DNA of 64,000 nt, taken from Takakia lepidozioides. Taxonomy: Eukaryota; Plantae; Bryophyta. This document shows, in pieces, positions 51,901 to 62,904 of this stretch. The position numbers were made by a program, and so were the translations under genes. The notes below the pieces were generated by a model. The model was not told the DNA's origin, did no database searches, and worked only from the letters and a program-made list of their open reading frames with translations. Numbering within the stretch: position 1 is the stretch's first letter; each line of letters opens with the position of its first letter. The DNA lies in the NCBI GenBank assembly GCA_030704615.1, contig CM060734.1, positions 60,512,001 to 60,576,000 of the forward strand, read 5' to 3'.

Positions 51901-52727
51901 ATTAAGGATTATTTGAGCAATGATTGGGCCAGACACATGATAGGAGACTTTGCGGTAGTACCTTGTAATCTTTTCATCTCCTCTACTAGTGCGTTGTACA
52001 TTATGTCCGCCCATTGTACCTCTTGTCCCTTCAGGCCTTTGAGTATTTCCTCTGTGAAGGATCTGCTCAAATATTGTTGGTTCTGTTTCAGGGCAATCAG
52101 AACGTTCAATACCTGGCCTATCTCTTTTAACCCTGGGTACACAGCTTTGGTACAAGCATAACCCTGAGTTTTAAAGAAACTCCCTTCTTGGAATAAGTCC
52201 CCTATTTGCAGTCTTGCCCTGTGTTCCTCCACATGCACCTGACCTGCTGGCAATCGAAACAATTGCTGGAGGTATAGGGGAGTAATCATTAATTCAACTC
52301 CCTTCACCGTTGTTGTTCCTGTCCTTGGCTCAAAGTTCTGCAAAAATTGTAACATGTACTGTCTATGGTGTAGTGTCCAATCTAGGCTTTGCAATCCTTC
52401 CAATCTCAGCTCCTCCAGTATCTTTATCGCCTGTGGGGTAGCCATCGTTTGTTTCTGCAGAATTGTGGTGCTCTTCACCCTGATTTCCTCCATTCCTCTC
52501 ACTCTCTTCATTTTAGACTCACAGAACTGCTTTGGCTGTAACAACTGCAGGAATGCCTGTAGTGCACAAAGCATAAACGTATGGTTGCCGCAGAAAGCTA
52601 TGGGTAATTTCTTGTAAGCCTGCGGGGCTTGCAAGCATTGCTCAAGAGAAAAGCTCTGCTCTGTCCTTTCGTGTCTATGCCACTGCGTAAGTAATATTGC
52701 GAGCGTATAGTCTGTTAGTTCCTCCAT
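48961..52727 (-). CDS. Gypsy 3' accessory ORF (~1250 aa if one frameshift near 51940 is corrected), long coiled coil
   Basis: ORFs 51909-53288 (likely start M at 52727) and 48961-52155 overlap; same strand as pol; the stop lies just before the PPT. Confidence 0.75.
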
Positions 52728-53199
52728 AGTTTCCAAGTTATAGCATTTATGGCCTGTCCTGTCGAGACGCCCGTTACTCAGAACGACGCCGCCTCTTGCG
52801 CTCAATTTCCCTCCATTTTCTTGATCCTTTCTCTGGTTTTCTATTGGCTGTATCCGCTGTGACTGGATTTTAAATTTTATCTTCTTTAGTGGACTTTCCC
52901 TCTTGGATAGTCCACTAGGATCACACATGTGACAAGAATTCGGCTTTTCTGTACTTGCCGTTCGTTCCGTTTCCCTTTTTCCGTACTCATTAATGGGCCT
53001 GGCTTTCATCCCTTTTGACGGCCGTTCTTGTCTTCTTTCTTTTTGACACCTGTCCTTGCACTTCATTGTCTGCTGTGTGTCGCGCCCTGACCTCCACGTG
53101 TCTATTTTTAAAGTAATTTCCGTTTCCTCTTCCGTCATCCATTTTCCTGAAGTTATTATGTGTCCACTTGTCACTGATTCTATGGATGGTGTAACTTTA

Positions 53200-53450
53200 G
53201 TAGGCTGTGTTGAGCTGTGACAGGCTGTGTCATACTGTGTTACGCTAGGCTGTGATGCACTGTGGTAAGTTGTGATAGGCTGTGACACGCTGTGACACGC
53301 TGTGGTAGGTTGTGATAGGCTGTGTTGCGCCGTGCTGGGCTGTGATAGGCTGTGTTGCGCCTTGCTGGGCTGTGATAGGTTGTGTCACGTCGTGATGGGC
53401 TGTGATAGGCTGTGTTGCGCCTTGATGGGCTGTGATAGGCTGTGTCACGT
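53200..53450. repeat. Internal ~30-bp tandem repeat built on GGCTGTG, between pol and the 3' ORF
   Basis: ggctgtgataggctgtgttgcgcc.tg.tg repeated about 5 times; same core as the LTR minisatellite. Confidence 0.85.
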
Positions 53451-53559
53451 TTGTTTTGCCCACCCTGGTCATATATGCTGGGCCTAGCGACAAGTGTTCC
53501 ATACTCCGTTCGTAACACTGGTGCAGCCCGTGACTGCTCTTGCGGTTCATATGCAAATC

Positions 53560-56500
53560 ATGCTGCAGGGGTTTGTCATGGATACCACTGTACCCCTTCA
53601 ACTTATTTGCATTGACTCTTCCCAGCATTTCTTTGTTAATGGTTTGTAACATGGCGGTGTTGTTATCATACATCTTTTGTATGACATAAGGTCCTTTCCA
53701 CGGTGATTTAAGCTTAGAAGCTTGAATCTTTCCTTTCTTCTGCAACCATAGAACCAAATCCCCCGTCTTAAAAGTCTTTAACTTGCCTTCATCAAACTGT
53801 TCCTTTCGCTTCATCTGAATTCTGGTCATATTATCAGCTGCATCAGCACGTACTTCTTCCACATGGTATAATTCATGTTTCCTGACCTTGATGGAGTCTT
53901 GCAATTCCATTCTTTCCCCACTCCGTTCTCATGGTAGGTAACAGGAATTCCACTGGAAGTAAGGCTTCCATACCATAAACTAATTGGAATGGTGTATACT
54001 TAGTGGTGACTTTATATGAAGTCCTGTATGACCATAAAGCTGTCAGCAGCTTTGTATCCCAATCCGTTCTGTTTGCATTGACTATCTTAGCCAAGATAGT
54101 ACATAGTATTTTGTTGGTAGCCTCTGCCTGCCCATTACCCTGCGGGTAATATGTTGTACTCTTTCTATGCACAATCATAAACTCTTTAGTCAACAACTCA
54201 ATGGTCTCATTCATGAAGTGACTTCCTTGATCACTGATAAATTCTAAGGGACAGCCAAATCGTGTAAGTATGTTCTCGTACAGGAACCTTGCTGTGGACT
54301 TGGCTGTGTTGTCCCTCAAAGCTTTAGCTTCCACCCACTTTGTAGTATAATCAGTGGCTGTAATTATGTACCTGTTTCGTGTATTCTTGGATGGTGGATT
54401 AATTGGTCCAACAAAGTCTAGTCCCCATTTCTGAAATGGTTCCGTAGGCATTGTAGGATGCAAGGCCATCCTTCCAGATCTCTGCAAAGGTCCTAGCCTC
54501 TGACATTCATCACACTTCTGACAATACTCGTGTACATCTTTGAACAAAGTAGGCCACCAGTATCCTGCGAGTAGTATCTTTCTACTGGTAGTCTCTTCTC
54601 CAAAATGACCTCCAGCCACTCCTTTATGAACTTCCTCCAAGACTTTATTTACTTCATGGTGGTACAAGCATCGTTTTAGTACTCCATCAGGTCCTAACTT
54701 ATACATTCTGCTTCCTACCATAGTATAAGGTAAAGCTTTGATAGCAATTCTCTTCCTCTGCTCCTTACCATAACTAGGTGGGCACTGACCATGAGCAAGG
54801 TAGTATCTGATTGGCCACTGCCAATCTAACCATTCATCTGCACTTCCTTGCACCTCCATTACAAATAAACTCGCATCAGGTAACTGATCGTCCACTCCTG
54901 TGGCGGCCTCTCCTGTTGTTAGTCGTGACAAATGATCTGCCACAAGATGCAAACGGCCAGGCTTGTAAATAACCTCGAACTCAAACTCATGCAAGATTAT
55001 TAACCACCTCGCTATCCTTCCACTTATCAAAGGTTTGTTCACCAGATATATCAGAGCCTGGTGATCCACATAAAACATAAACTTTCTTCCCAATAGGTAA
55101 TGCCTGAATTTCTTGACTGCATAAATCATTGCCAATGCTTCTCTTTCCGTTGTGCTATAGTTCCTCTCAGCACTGTTCATCAACCGGCTAGCATAGTACA
55201 CAGGTGAATCTATATTCCCTGTAACATTCTGGGCTAACACCGCACCCAACGCTTCTCCTGATGCATCGCAGTGAACATGAAATACTACATGCCAGTGAGG
55301 GTTAATCAGCACAGGTGTAGTTGTTACTGACAGTGTAAGTTCCTCAAACGCCTGTTGACATTCAGCTGTCCAGGCAAACACTGCATCTTTCTTCAGAAGC
55401 TTGCTCAATGGTGCTGCTATTTGTGCATACCTTTTGACAAATCTTCTGTAATAACTGGTTTGCCCAAGGAATCTTCGTAGACTTTTAACATTCACTGGGG
55501 TGGAGAGGCTTTAATGGACTCTGTCTTCCTGGGATCCACAAGGAGTCCCTTCTTACACACAATGTGTCCCAGAAGCACCCCTGAGTTCACACAGAAAGTA
55601 CACTTCTCTGGATTCAGGCCCAGACCTCTCATCCTGCATCTGGCCAAACATAACTCCAATTTATGCAAGTGCTCACTCTTAGAGCTGTACACACTGAAAT
55701 CATCCAAGAATACCTGCATGAAATCATCCAGATACTCATGAAAAGATTCACTTATCACTCTCTGAAAGGTCGCTGGTGCATTACAAAGTCCAAAGGGCAT
55801 GACTTTGTATGCATAAGCCCCCCAGTCTGTGATGAAAGCTGTTTTCCCTTGGTCTTCTTCTGCCACTTGCACTTGATTATAACCACTGAAGCCATCCATG
55901 AATGAGTACATCTCATGGCCTGCCACAGTGTCTAATACTGCTTCTGTGAATGGCAAAGGGAAAGGATCTTTCTTCGTACAAGCATTCAGCTTCTTATAGT
56001 TCACACATACTCTTAGTTTGCCATTCTTCTTGGGAACTATAACAATGGGTGACAACCAAGTTGTATACTCTATTGGGTATATAAACTTAGCCTCAGCCAA
56101 CTTCTTTATCTCTTCTCCAACCTTCTGTGCGTAGTTGGGATTCATTCTATACCTCGCCTGCTTGATTGGTACTGACCCTGGTTCCAGTTCAATCTTATGC
56201 TGACAGACTTCAGGTGGTATCCCTTTTAGATCCTCATAGCTCCAAGCAAATACATCTCTGTATTTGATGAACAAGCTTTTAGCTTCTTCGAAGAATTCCG
56301 GCTCCAAATCAGCTCCTACTTTCACCATCCTCGGTTCCTCCTGAGTTCCCACATTTACTTCTCTCACCTGCTCATCAGCTGTGATTGTCCAACCAGTCAC
56401 CACTTCATCCTGTAAGCTCACAGTGGCTGGTTCTTCTAGGATTTCCATCTCTCCCTCCTTTTCTTCATAGAAATGTGGTGGGTAACTGCTGGTTTCCTCT

Positions 56501-56586
56501 TCAATTGGTGTTGCCGACACTACACCACAGCAGATACCTCTTAAACAACTTAGGCCTTCCAGCGCATCTCTGCAACCTGCTCCCAC
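53560..56586 (-). CDS. Gypsy pol: RT, RNase H, integrase (frameshifted)
   Basis: SPIVIVPKKNGKLRVC, MPFGLCNAPATFQR, VFLDD, CDASGEALGAVL, NYSTTERE, HHCC, WGLDFVGP, SDQGSHF, NGQAE. 3' end approximate. Confidence 0.95.
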
Positions 56587-59585
56587 TCTGGGTGTGCAGC
56601 GAACAGGGTAGCTTCCTGCTCCTCATCCAGTCCTCCCCTCCAATCATACTCTCTGACCCCTCGAGGTCTTCTCGTAGCAGGTAATCTATTAGATTTCTTA
56701 GTGGTAATTTGTATCTCGTGCATCCCATTATGCACAGTTAGTAACTGAGAATTCCAGTCATGGAATACCCTGGCCTGTTTCAGCCACGGACGTCCCAATA
56801 ATAAGGAGTAAGCCTCCATGACTTCATCCATTTTTAATACAGTTACTGTGATCATAAAGATCATTTTCTGTATCTGTATCTTAACTCCTCTTATTAATCC
56901 CAATGGTTGCACACTTCTTTGATCTGCCATTGTTACTGTAAATGGGGCTGGTTTCATGTTACTTAGACCAAGCTTCTTCCTTAATTGGTCTGTCATGATA
57001 TTTACTCCAGAACCACCATCTATCAGTACATCAGTTAGTTCTGTGCTTCCAATTCTCAATTGGATTACTGGCATAGAATCATCAAAGTCCATGACTGGTT
57101 CTCGCCCTTCCGGCTTCACATTATAACTGGTCACCTTGCTGTTCAGGTCTGTGTTTCCTGTCTCTTGGGCAATTCGATTGATTGCCTGATACAGCCTGTG
57201 CCTACAATAAGGTGCCACAGCTAATAGCTGTCCAATGGTAATTTCTGCTTTGGTCTGACATATTACTGCAGCCAAAGTCTCTTCATTACTTTGCATGTCT
57301 GCATCTTCTTTTTTCCTTTCTTCCTCACTCCCTTCTTTTTCTCCATCCGAATCAGAGGAATATGCCACAGGAATATCAGTACTCTTTTGCATTTCCCTTA
57401 TAGTATCTGCCACTTCCTTGTGCAGTTCCTTCTCATCTTTCCAAGTCTCTTCATCTTCAGGCATATCATTGCCACTTCCAGTCTCATCTTCTTCCTCTTC
57501 TACTGGAGGTATTAGTTTGGCTTTACTTCTTGTTACTATCATTGTACTTACTTCTGGTACAACACATGGCCTAACCATGTGAGCTGCCACCACTGGGCCC
57601 TCATTCACAGGAGCTCTCATCTCATTTTGGTGTCTTATCCAGAATGAACAGGCTACCTTGCGATGTCCTGGCTGATTACAATAGTAACATAGCTCTTCAC
57701 CATTGGGTCCTCGCCCTTGGTCTGTTCTTGGATTATTTCTATAATCCTGATTCCCGGGCTGGTAATTCCCCCTTGGATTACCCTGATAGTTGCCTCTGGA
57801 ATTTCCTTGGTAATTCCCTCTTGAATTACCTCTCCCTTCCATGCCATTGTTATGACCACCAGACCTACCATAGTGGTCCTGATCATTGTTTCTTCTTGGC
57901 TGGGGCTGCACCTGATGCACCCTTACTTGCCTAGGTTCTCTTGCAGCTGTCCTTCTGTTGTAGTAACAATTCTCAGTAGAATGGTTATCCATTTTACAGA
58001 TAGTACAGTGTTTCTCCTTCATGTGGCATTCTGTGGTGGTATGGCCTTCATTCTGGCACTTTGCACACCATACACCCTTCCTCCAATGTGTTGCAGCCTC
58101 TGTGGCATACTTCTTCAAGATTTCTTCCAATTTTTTTTCATAGTTATCCCTCTTCAACTTCTCCTTTCTCTTACTCTTTCTTTTTAGTTCTTGCTCTTCT
58201 TCTTCATCTGACTCATCCTCAGAGTCCTCATCTTCTTTTTTCTCTCTCCTGAGCATTCCCAATTGCTCAATTCTGTTCGCAGTTTCAAATGCCTCCTCCA
58301 CTGTGTTATGGGGTAACATATCCACTTTCTTTTGCAACTCTGGTCTTAATCCACTCACAAACCAAGTCTTCTGTAAACCGGGCGCTGGTACTGCAGCCAA
58401 CTTTTTCATCATCAATTCCATCTTCTCCATATACTCTTCAACAGTTTCATGCTTCTTCTGCTTCAGCTGTTGTAAACTTCCATACACTTCATCCTCAGTT
58501 TTACTTGTCCTGAACCTATTTCGAAATGTTGTATTCAAGCCATTCCAGGTTAGGAAATGATTATCAGGGAATCTTGCATACCATTCACTTGCTTTCTTGA
58601 TAAGTGAACAAGGAAACAGTCTCATCTTGGCATCATCGCCATTCTCATTGTTCACTATATACATGTGCTCAAATTGGCTAATGTGTACATCGGGATCCCC
58701 TTTTCCTGAATATATTGGAAAGGGTGGTTTTGCCCGTGTTGGTTGTAACGCCATCTGTGGCCCTACCTTCTGCCCACTGACAGGTGCTGGCACCCTTGCT
58801 GGTGCTGGTCCTTCTGGACCTGTTGTTTTTGTGGTGGATCTTCCACCAAGTGGTGGCCCTTGAGCACTCCTTGCTTCTGGTCCCACGATATTCACAGTAT
58901 TCCCAGCTTCAGTTGCACTACTTCCCACACTCCCTGTCCCCCCAGAGCCAGATCCAGGCAGCCCGCCTGATCCCCCTGAGCCGACACCTTCGTTGGCCTG
59001 TGATCCAAGTGCTCCACTTGATCCAGGTCCAACGGGTTGGGATGTCCTGGTTGTAGTCTTAACCTCAGCTGTTGGGTCTACTTCTTCATATTCTTCCTCT
59101 TCTAATTTCTTCTCTCTGTTTTCATCCTCCAAGTTCTGCCCTTGGGTTTCTTCTTCACTCATGTAACTCAACTGTAATGGTGTTGGAGAGTCTGAACTCT
59201 CCGTTGGCTCTGCCACATCCTCTTCTCCTTCTTCATCTTCTGCTTCAGAAACTGGAGTTCCTGCTTTTGGTGTTCCATGCCAACTCTTATCAAAGATTTC
59301 TGTCAAGTCTTTTATCCAAGGATGTACCTCAGATCTTTCACCTCGTGATTGATCTTCTTCCTGTACCAATTCCCTTAATCTTTCTTGCAAAGAAACAGAA
59401 GGAGTGGCATCCAACTCTAGTTCTTCCGGTATAGGTGATGCACTCTTTGATCTTGATGGTATGAGAGGTCCAAATGATTCCCCTATGTCTATTCCTCTCT
59501 CCCAAAGATATGGATAATTAGCTTTCAGATAGCTTTCTCTTTTTGCTGAATATCTCTGTCGTCTAGCTTCTCTTTCATCACTCAT
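56550..59585 (-). CDS. Gypsy gag-protease
   Basis: Retrotrans_gag-like core (YSGKGDPDVH...LFPCSL..KASEWY), three CCHC knuckles, protease LIDGGSGVNI. Confidence 0.93.
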   Translation of the reverse strand: MSDEREARRQRYSAKRESYLKANYPYLWERGIDIGESFGPLIPSRSKSASPIPEELELDATPSVSLQERLRELVQEEDQSRGERSEVHPWIKDLTEIFDKSWHGTPKAGTPVSEAEDEEGEEDVAEPTESSDSPTPLQLSYMSEEETQGQNLEDENREKKLEEEEYEEVDPTAEVKTTTRTSQPVGPGSSGALGSQANEGVGSGGSGGLPGSGSGGTGSVGSSATEAGNTVNIVGPEARSAQGPPLGGRSTTKTTGPEGPAPARVPAPVSGQKVGPQMALQPTRAKPPFPIYSGKGDPDVHISQFEHMYIVNNENGDDAKMRLFPCSLIKKASEWYARFPDNHFLTWNGLNTTFRNRFRTSKTEDEVYGSLQQLKQKKHETVEEYMEKMELMMKKLAAVPAPGLQKTWFVSGLRPELQKKVDMLPHNTVEEAFETANRIEQLGMLRREKKEDEDSEDESDEEEEQELKRKSKRKEKLKRDNYEKKLEEILKKYATEAATHWRKGVWCAKCQNEGHTTTECHMKEKHCTICKMDNHSTENCYYNRRTAAREPRQVRVHQVQPQPRRNNDQDHYGRSGGHNNGMEGRGNSRGNYQGNSRGNYQGNPRGNYQPGNQDYRNNPRTDQGRGPNGEELCYYCNQPGHRKVACSFWIRHQNEMRAPVNEGPVVAAHMVRPCVVPEVSTMIVTRSKAKLIPPVEEEEDETGSGNDMPEDEETWKDEKELHKEVADTIREMQKSTDIPVAYSSDSDGEKEGSEEERKKEDADMQSNEETLAAVICQTKAEITIGQLLAVAPYCRHRLYQAINRIAQETGNTDLNSKVTSYNVKPEGREPVMDFDDSMPVIQLRIGSTELTDVLIDGGSGVNIMTDQLRKKLGLSNMKPAPFTVTMADQRSVQPLGLIRGVKIQIQKMIFMITVTVLKMDEVMEAYSLLLGRPWLKQARVFHDWNSQLLTVHNGMHEIQITTKKSNRLPATRRPRGVREYDWRGGLDEEQEATLFAAHPEWEQVAEMRWKA

Positions 59586-59606
59586 GTCCCATGTCTTTCA
59601 TTTCTT

Positions 59607-60302
59607 TTAATGTGGCAATAACCAAAACTCTCTTCTGTAATATCTCTCGTATATGCCTGGGTTTCTTTCAAGCTTCAATGCACCCTTGGCTATACTTGAA
59701 GTCTCCGTTACCATATAACCATATGGCAAACAAGTCTGAAAAGCTGTTCTTGGTGTGAGTTTGATCCACAAAATATCCTTTGGAATCCAATTCTTTACCA
59801 GTACAAGCTCTTCATGCATATGAGTATAAACATTCACCTTTCTTTCTTCCCAACCTTCAAACTCTACTCGTTTAATGGATAGCAATGCTATCACATAAAC
59901 CAATGTTGGTAACCAACGTGCTCTTCCTCTACAGGCTACCTGATAAATCTTTATCACTCCTTTCTCCAGACCCCATTCTGGATCAGCATCATGCACTCGT
60001 TTAAGAATATTTTCTTTACAACCGTCTGGCAATTCCAAGAACCTTTGAAAGAATCGTTTGGACAATCTTTCTTCCTTCGTTCCACAGGGAATTTGATTCA
60101 CTTCAAATTCTTTAATGGTCCAACCACCATGATCCCACCAGATGCCTATCACATCTGGTTGTTCATGTCCCAGGTCCCCAGTATGGTCGCCAAATGTCGC
60201 GCGGCTTTTACTCACCCATCCCTTCGCTATCCGAGGCGGAAACTCCAAGATAGAAGAGTTGGAAATCTCTAAGTACTCAGCCCGCGCAGAACAATCAGTC
60301 AT
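59607..60302 (-). CDS. ORF0 upstream of gag (231 aa, unknown function); first ATG lies in the LTR and the frame reads through the PBS
   Basis: Open frame; C-terminus GIYERYYRRE.W is conserved in the relative at ~43300. Confidence 0.6.
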   Translation of the reverse strand: MTDCSARAEYLEISNSSILEFPPRIAKGWVSKSRATFGDHTGDLGHEQPDVIGIWWDHGGWTIKEFEVNQIPCGTKEERLSKRFFQRFLELPDGCKENILKRVHDADPEWGLEKGVIKIYQVACRGRARWLPTLVYVIALLSIKRVEFEGWEERKVNVYTHMHEELVLVKNWIPKDILWIKLTPRTAFQTCLPYGYMVTETSSIAKGALKLERNPGIYERYYRREFWLLPH

Positions 60303-61168
60303 GACCTACAGCTAGTGTATCATGGGGGTGTTTCCTATTTGTTTCCCTTTCCGCATTCATCTTAGCTACCTTACCATTGATAATTAAGTATCAGTTTGCT
60401 TCATCAATCTATCGGTTTCCTTCACTCTTTCATTCAATCCACAGCTTCACTCAGATCTCTCTACACAGTGTGATTGTATCGTATAAGTATCAGATTATGA
60501 TTTATCAGGTATCAGGCCGAAGCCATTGTGTCTCTAATCTGCTCTACAATATCATTACAGCTTTGCATATAACAAGCATCTACTAATCCTCTTTCCTCCT
60601 TCATCGTGCTCTCCATCCTTTGCTTCCGATCTCCGCTCCCGCCTGACTAAGAAGTCCTCCTGGAATAATGATCCCCCTCAATTCCCCGTTTTTTCCTTTA
60701 TCTTCCTATCCGCAGTTCTAACCGTTTCCCTCACTAACCGTCGTCTGTGAACTAACATGTTCCCTTCGCAGGTGTTGTTCCCCACAGTCGTTCCCTGTCT
60801 ACTCTTCGTTCCCTATGATCGTGACAGCTGTGTCAAGCTGTGACTGGCTGTGTGAAACTGTGACGGGCTGTGACTGGCTGTGCGACTGTGTTTGGCTGTG
60901 TCGGCTGTGTCTGCTGTGACGACTGTGACGGGCTGTGACGGGCTGTGTCGGGCTGTGTTGGCTGTGTTGGCTGTGTCGGCTGTGACTGTGTTGGCTGTGT
61001 TGGCTGTGTCGGCTGTGTCGACTGTGACTGGCTGTATTGGCTGTGTAACCCCCTTCTACAGTGCGCTGCTGTCACCCCTAAGGCTCCTGTTGGTCTCAGT
61101 CTGTGCAAAAATTAAGGGTACCCTACAGATCCCGTATAAGTGTCTAAGTCCCCTACAATCCTCTAACA
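60195..61168 (-). repeat. 5' LTR (974 bp)
   Basis: Adjacent to the PBS; near-identical to the 3' LTR outside the minisatellite. Confidence 0.97.
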
Positions 61169-61546
61169 GCCTGCTGTAAACCGAGTTCCACGGGCGAATT
61201 CCAGGAACGCCCCGCACAGGGGGGGTCAATATATGTATTTTTCCCATATCATGTGCGTACAAAGGTATATTTATACTAGGCTATATTTTTAAAATTTTGC
61301 ATTTTTTTCCACCCTATCTTTAGGGAATATTGTAAAACCCTTTGTTTCATAATACCCTCTATTTCTTTATATATATTTTGCAACAATTAGACCCTATTTT
61401 AAATTGTCTTTTTAAATAATTACAAAATTTCAAAGCATATACACAAACAACATTCTATACATAAGTCAAATGCTGGACCCAAAGAAAAGTTTAATTTCCA
61501 TTAGCCACGAACTCATTCAAAGCCGCAACATCATGACTTGGATCTA

Positions 61547-61668
61547 GGGTAAATTGGCCTATGACCGAACAGGCGCCTATGACCAAACACCCCATAACGC
61601 TTACAAAGAAGGTCCTTCTCAAATTTTCTGGAAACTTAGGGATAGGTGGGCTTCTGACATGATGCTGT
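61547..61668. mobile_element. Left-hand part of the TIR element whose right part is at 31995-32303
   Basis: TA|gggtaaattggcctatgaccg; internal gcctatgacc repeat. Confidence 0.6.
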
Positions 61669-62285
61669 AACCACCACGGTGCAGCTGAGCAGATAGAGAT
61701 TGAAACACGGCCTACTAAGACCAAGCTCTCTCCTAAGAACCTTGTAAACATCATGAAGGATAACAAATCATGGTACTAACAGGAGCCAACAGCCCACATT
61801 TGCAGGATGGACAAACTTCTTCACACCGTAAGCCACACCTTGCGATTAGGTTGTCGCACCATTGTGAAAGATCTCTTAAAACTCATGCCAGCTCTGCTCC
61901 GTGTTGCAAATTCAGGGCCGAGTCTGATGAGAGGGAAAAACAGGCTGAAAGAGGTTGAAGAAGGTGCCCTCACCACATTGTCCTCGACCTTGTGTCATGA
62001 CCCATCGAGGATTTGACTGACCACCTCTTGTGTGTGCTGCTTGTGTCTGTAGTCAGGTAATGTCGGATTGGTCTGCGAGAACCACCACGCTGCAGCTGAG
62101 CGGGCGGAGATTGAAACACGGCCTGCTAAGACCAAGCCGACTCTCCCAAGAACCTTGTAAACATCAGGAAGAATACCAAATCATGGTATTAACAGGAGCC
62201 AAGAGTCCACATTTGCAGGATGGACAAACTTCTTCACATCGTACATTAAGAAAAAGCCATACCTTGCGATTGTGGTTGTCCACCC
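61669..62285 (-). pseudogene. 5' portion of a PDF-PPR paralogue (first PDF module, locally duplicated)
   Basis: 61669-61905 is the reverse complement of ~3120-3366; 61925-62285 is the reverse complement of ~3165-3535. Confidence 0.85.
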
Positions 62286-62519
62286 AAGCTATGCATGCAG
62301 ATCCTCCACGCAAACACAACAAAACAATAAGTCCCATAACTTCCTCATTGCTAAAGGCAATCCCGCAACCCTAAATCCATGTTGAATTATTTGGATGGAT
62401 GTATCGTAAATGGATGGATTTTGGGTTTTCCATCAATCCATCTATTTGGTTTTTCGTTTATTAGTTCATCCATCATTTTAATTTAATCCATTCATCCATT
62501 CATATGAAATTAATGAATT

Positions 62520-62663
62520 CCAGCAAGGCGTTTGTCTATCATTCGTTCAGATAAATCAGTTGTTCTGTTTCACTAACCTTTCATACGTTCATCCAATAGT
62601 TGCCAGCAAGGCGTTTGTTTATCATTCGTTCGGGTAATTCAGTTGTTTTGTTTCACTAACCTT
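62520..62663. repeat. Direct repeat of ~60 bp x 2, followed by a short hairpin
   Basis: cagcaaggcgtttgt.tatcattcgttc...cagttgtt.tgtttcactaacctt at 62521 and ~62604. Confidence 0.8.
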
Positions 62664-62904
62664 AACCAGCACACGATTAGTTTACTATTAATGTGCTGGG
62701 TCAGTGAAAAAGTAGTTAAATATTTTTACTTCTTATTATCCACGTATATATTGCTATATAGTTTATATATTGTGATTACACGTGCCTTTGCTTAACTGGT
62801 TGTCTCAGTCAGCTCATTTTAGGTAGTCAAAGTCTCTCACTACAGTCAAATTTTTTGCGGTTGTCTAGCACCTCGAATATTTTAATATTAATTTTGACTG
62901 CAAA

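Larger units (their letters stand above)
47953..61168 (-). mobile_element. Full-length Ty3/Gypsy non-chromovirus LTR retrotransposon, 13,216 bp
   Basis: LTRs 47953-48922 and 60195-61168 with TG...CA ends; TSD GCCTG (47948-47952 and 61169-61173); PBS tggcgaccatactgggga (~60175-60192, tRNA-Arg-like); PPT ~48925-48939; domain order gag-PR-RT-RH-INT. Confidence 0.97.

Noticed and set aside
48961-52727. Retroviral-type env gene
   Set aside because: No signal peptide or clear transmembrane helix seen; position alone is insufficient.
60306-60374. Intron in the LTR just before the ORF0 ATG
   Set aside because: GT and AG are present on the - strand, but the sequence is purine-rich with no pyrimidine tract; unsupported without transcripts.
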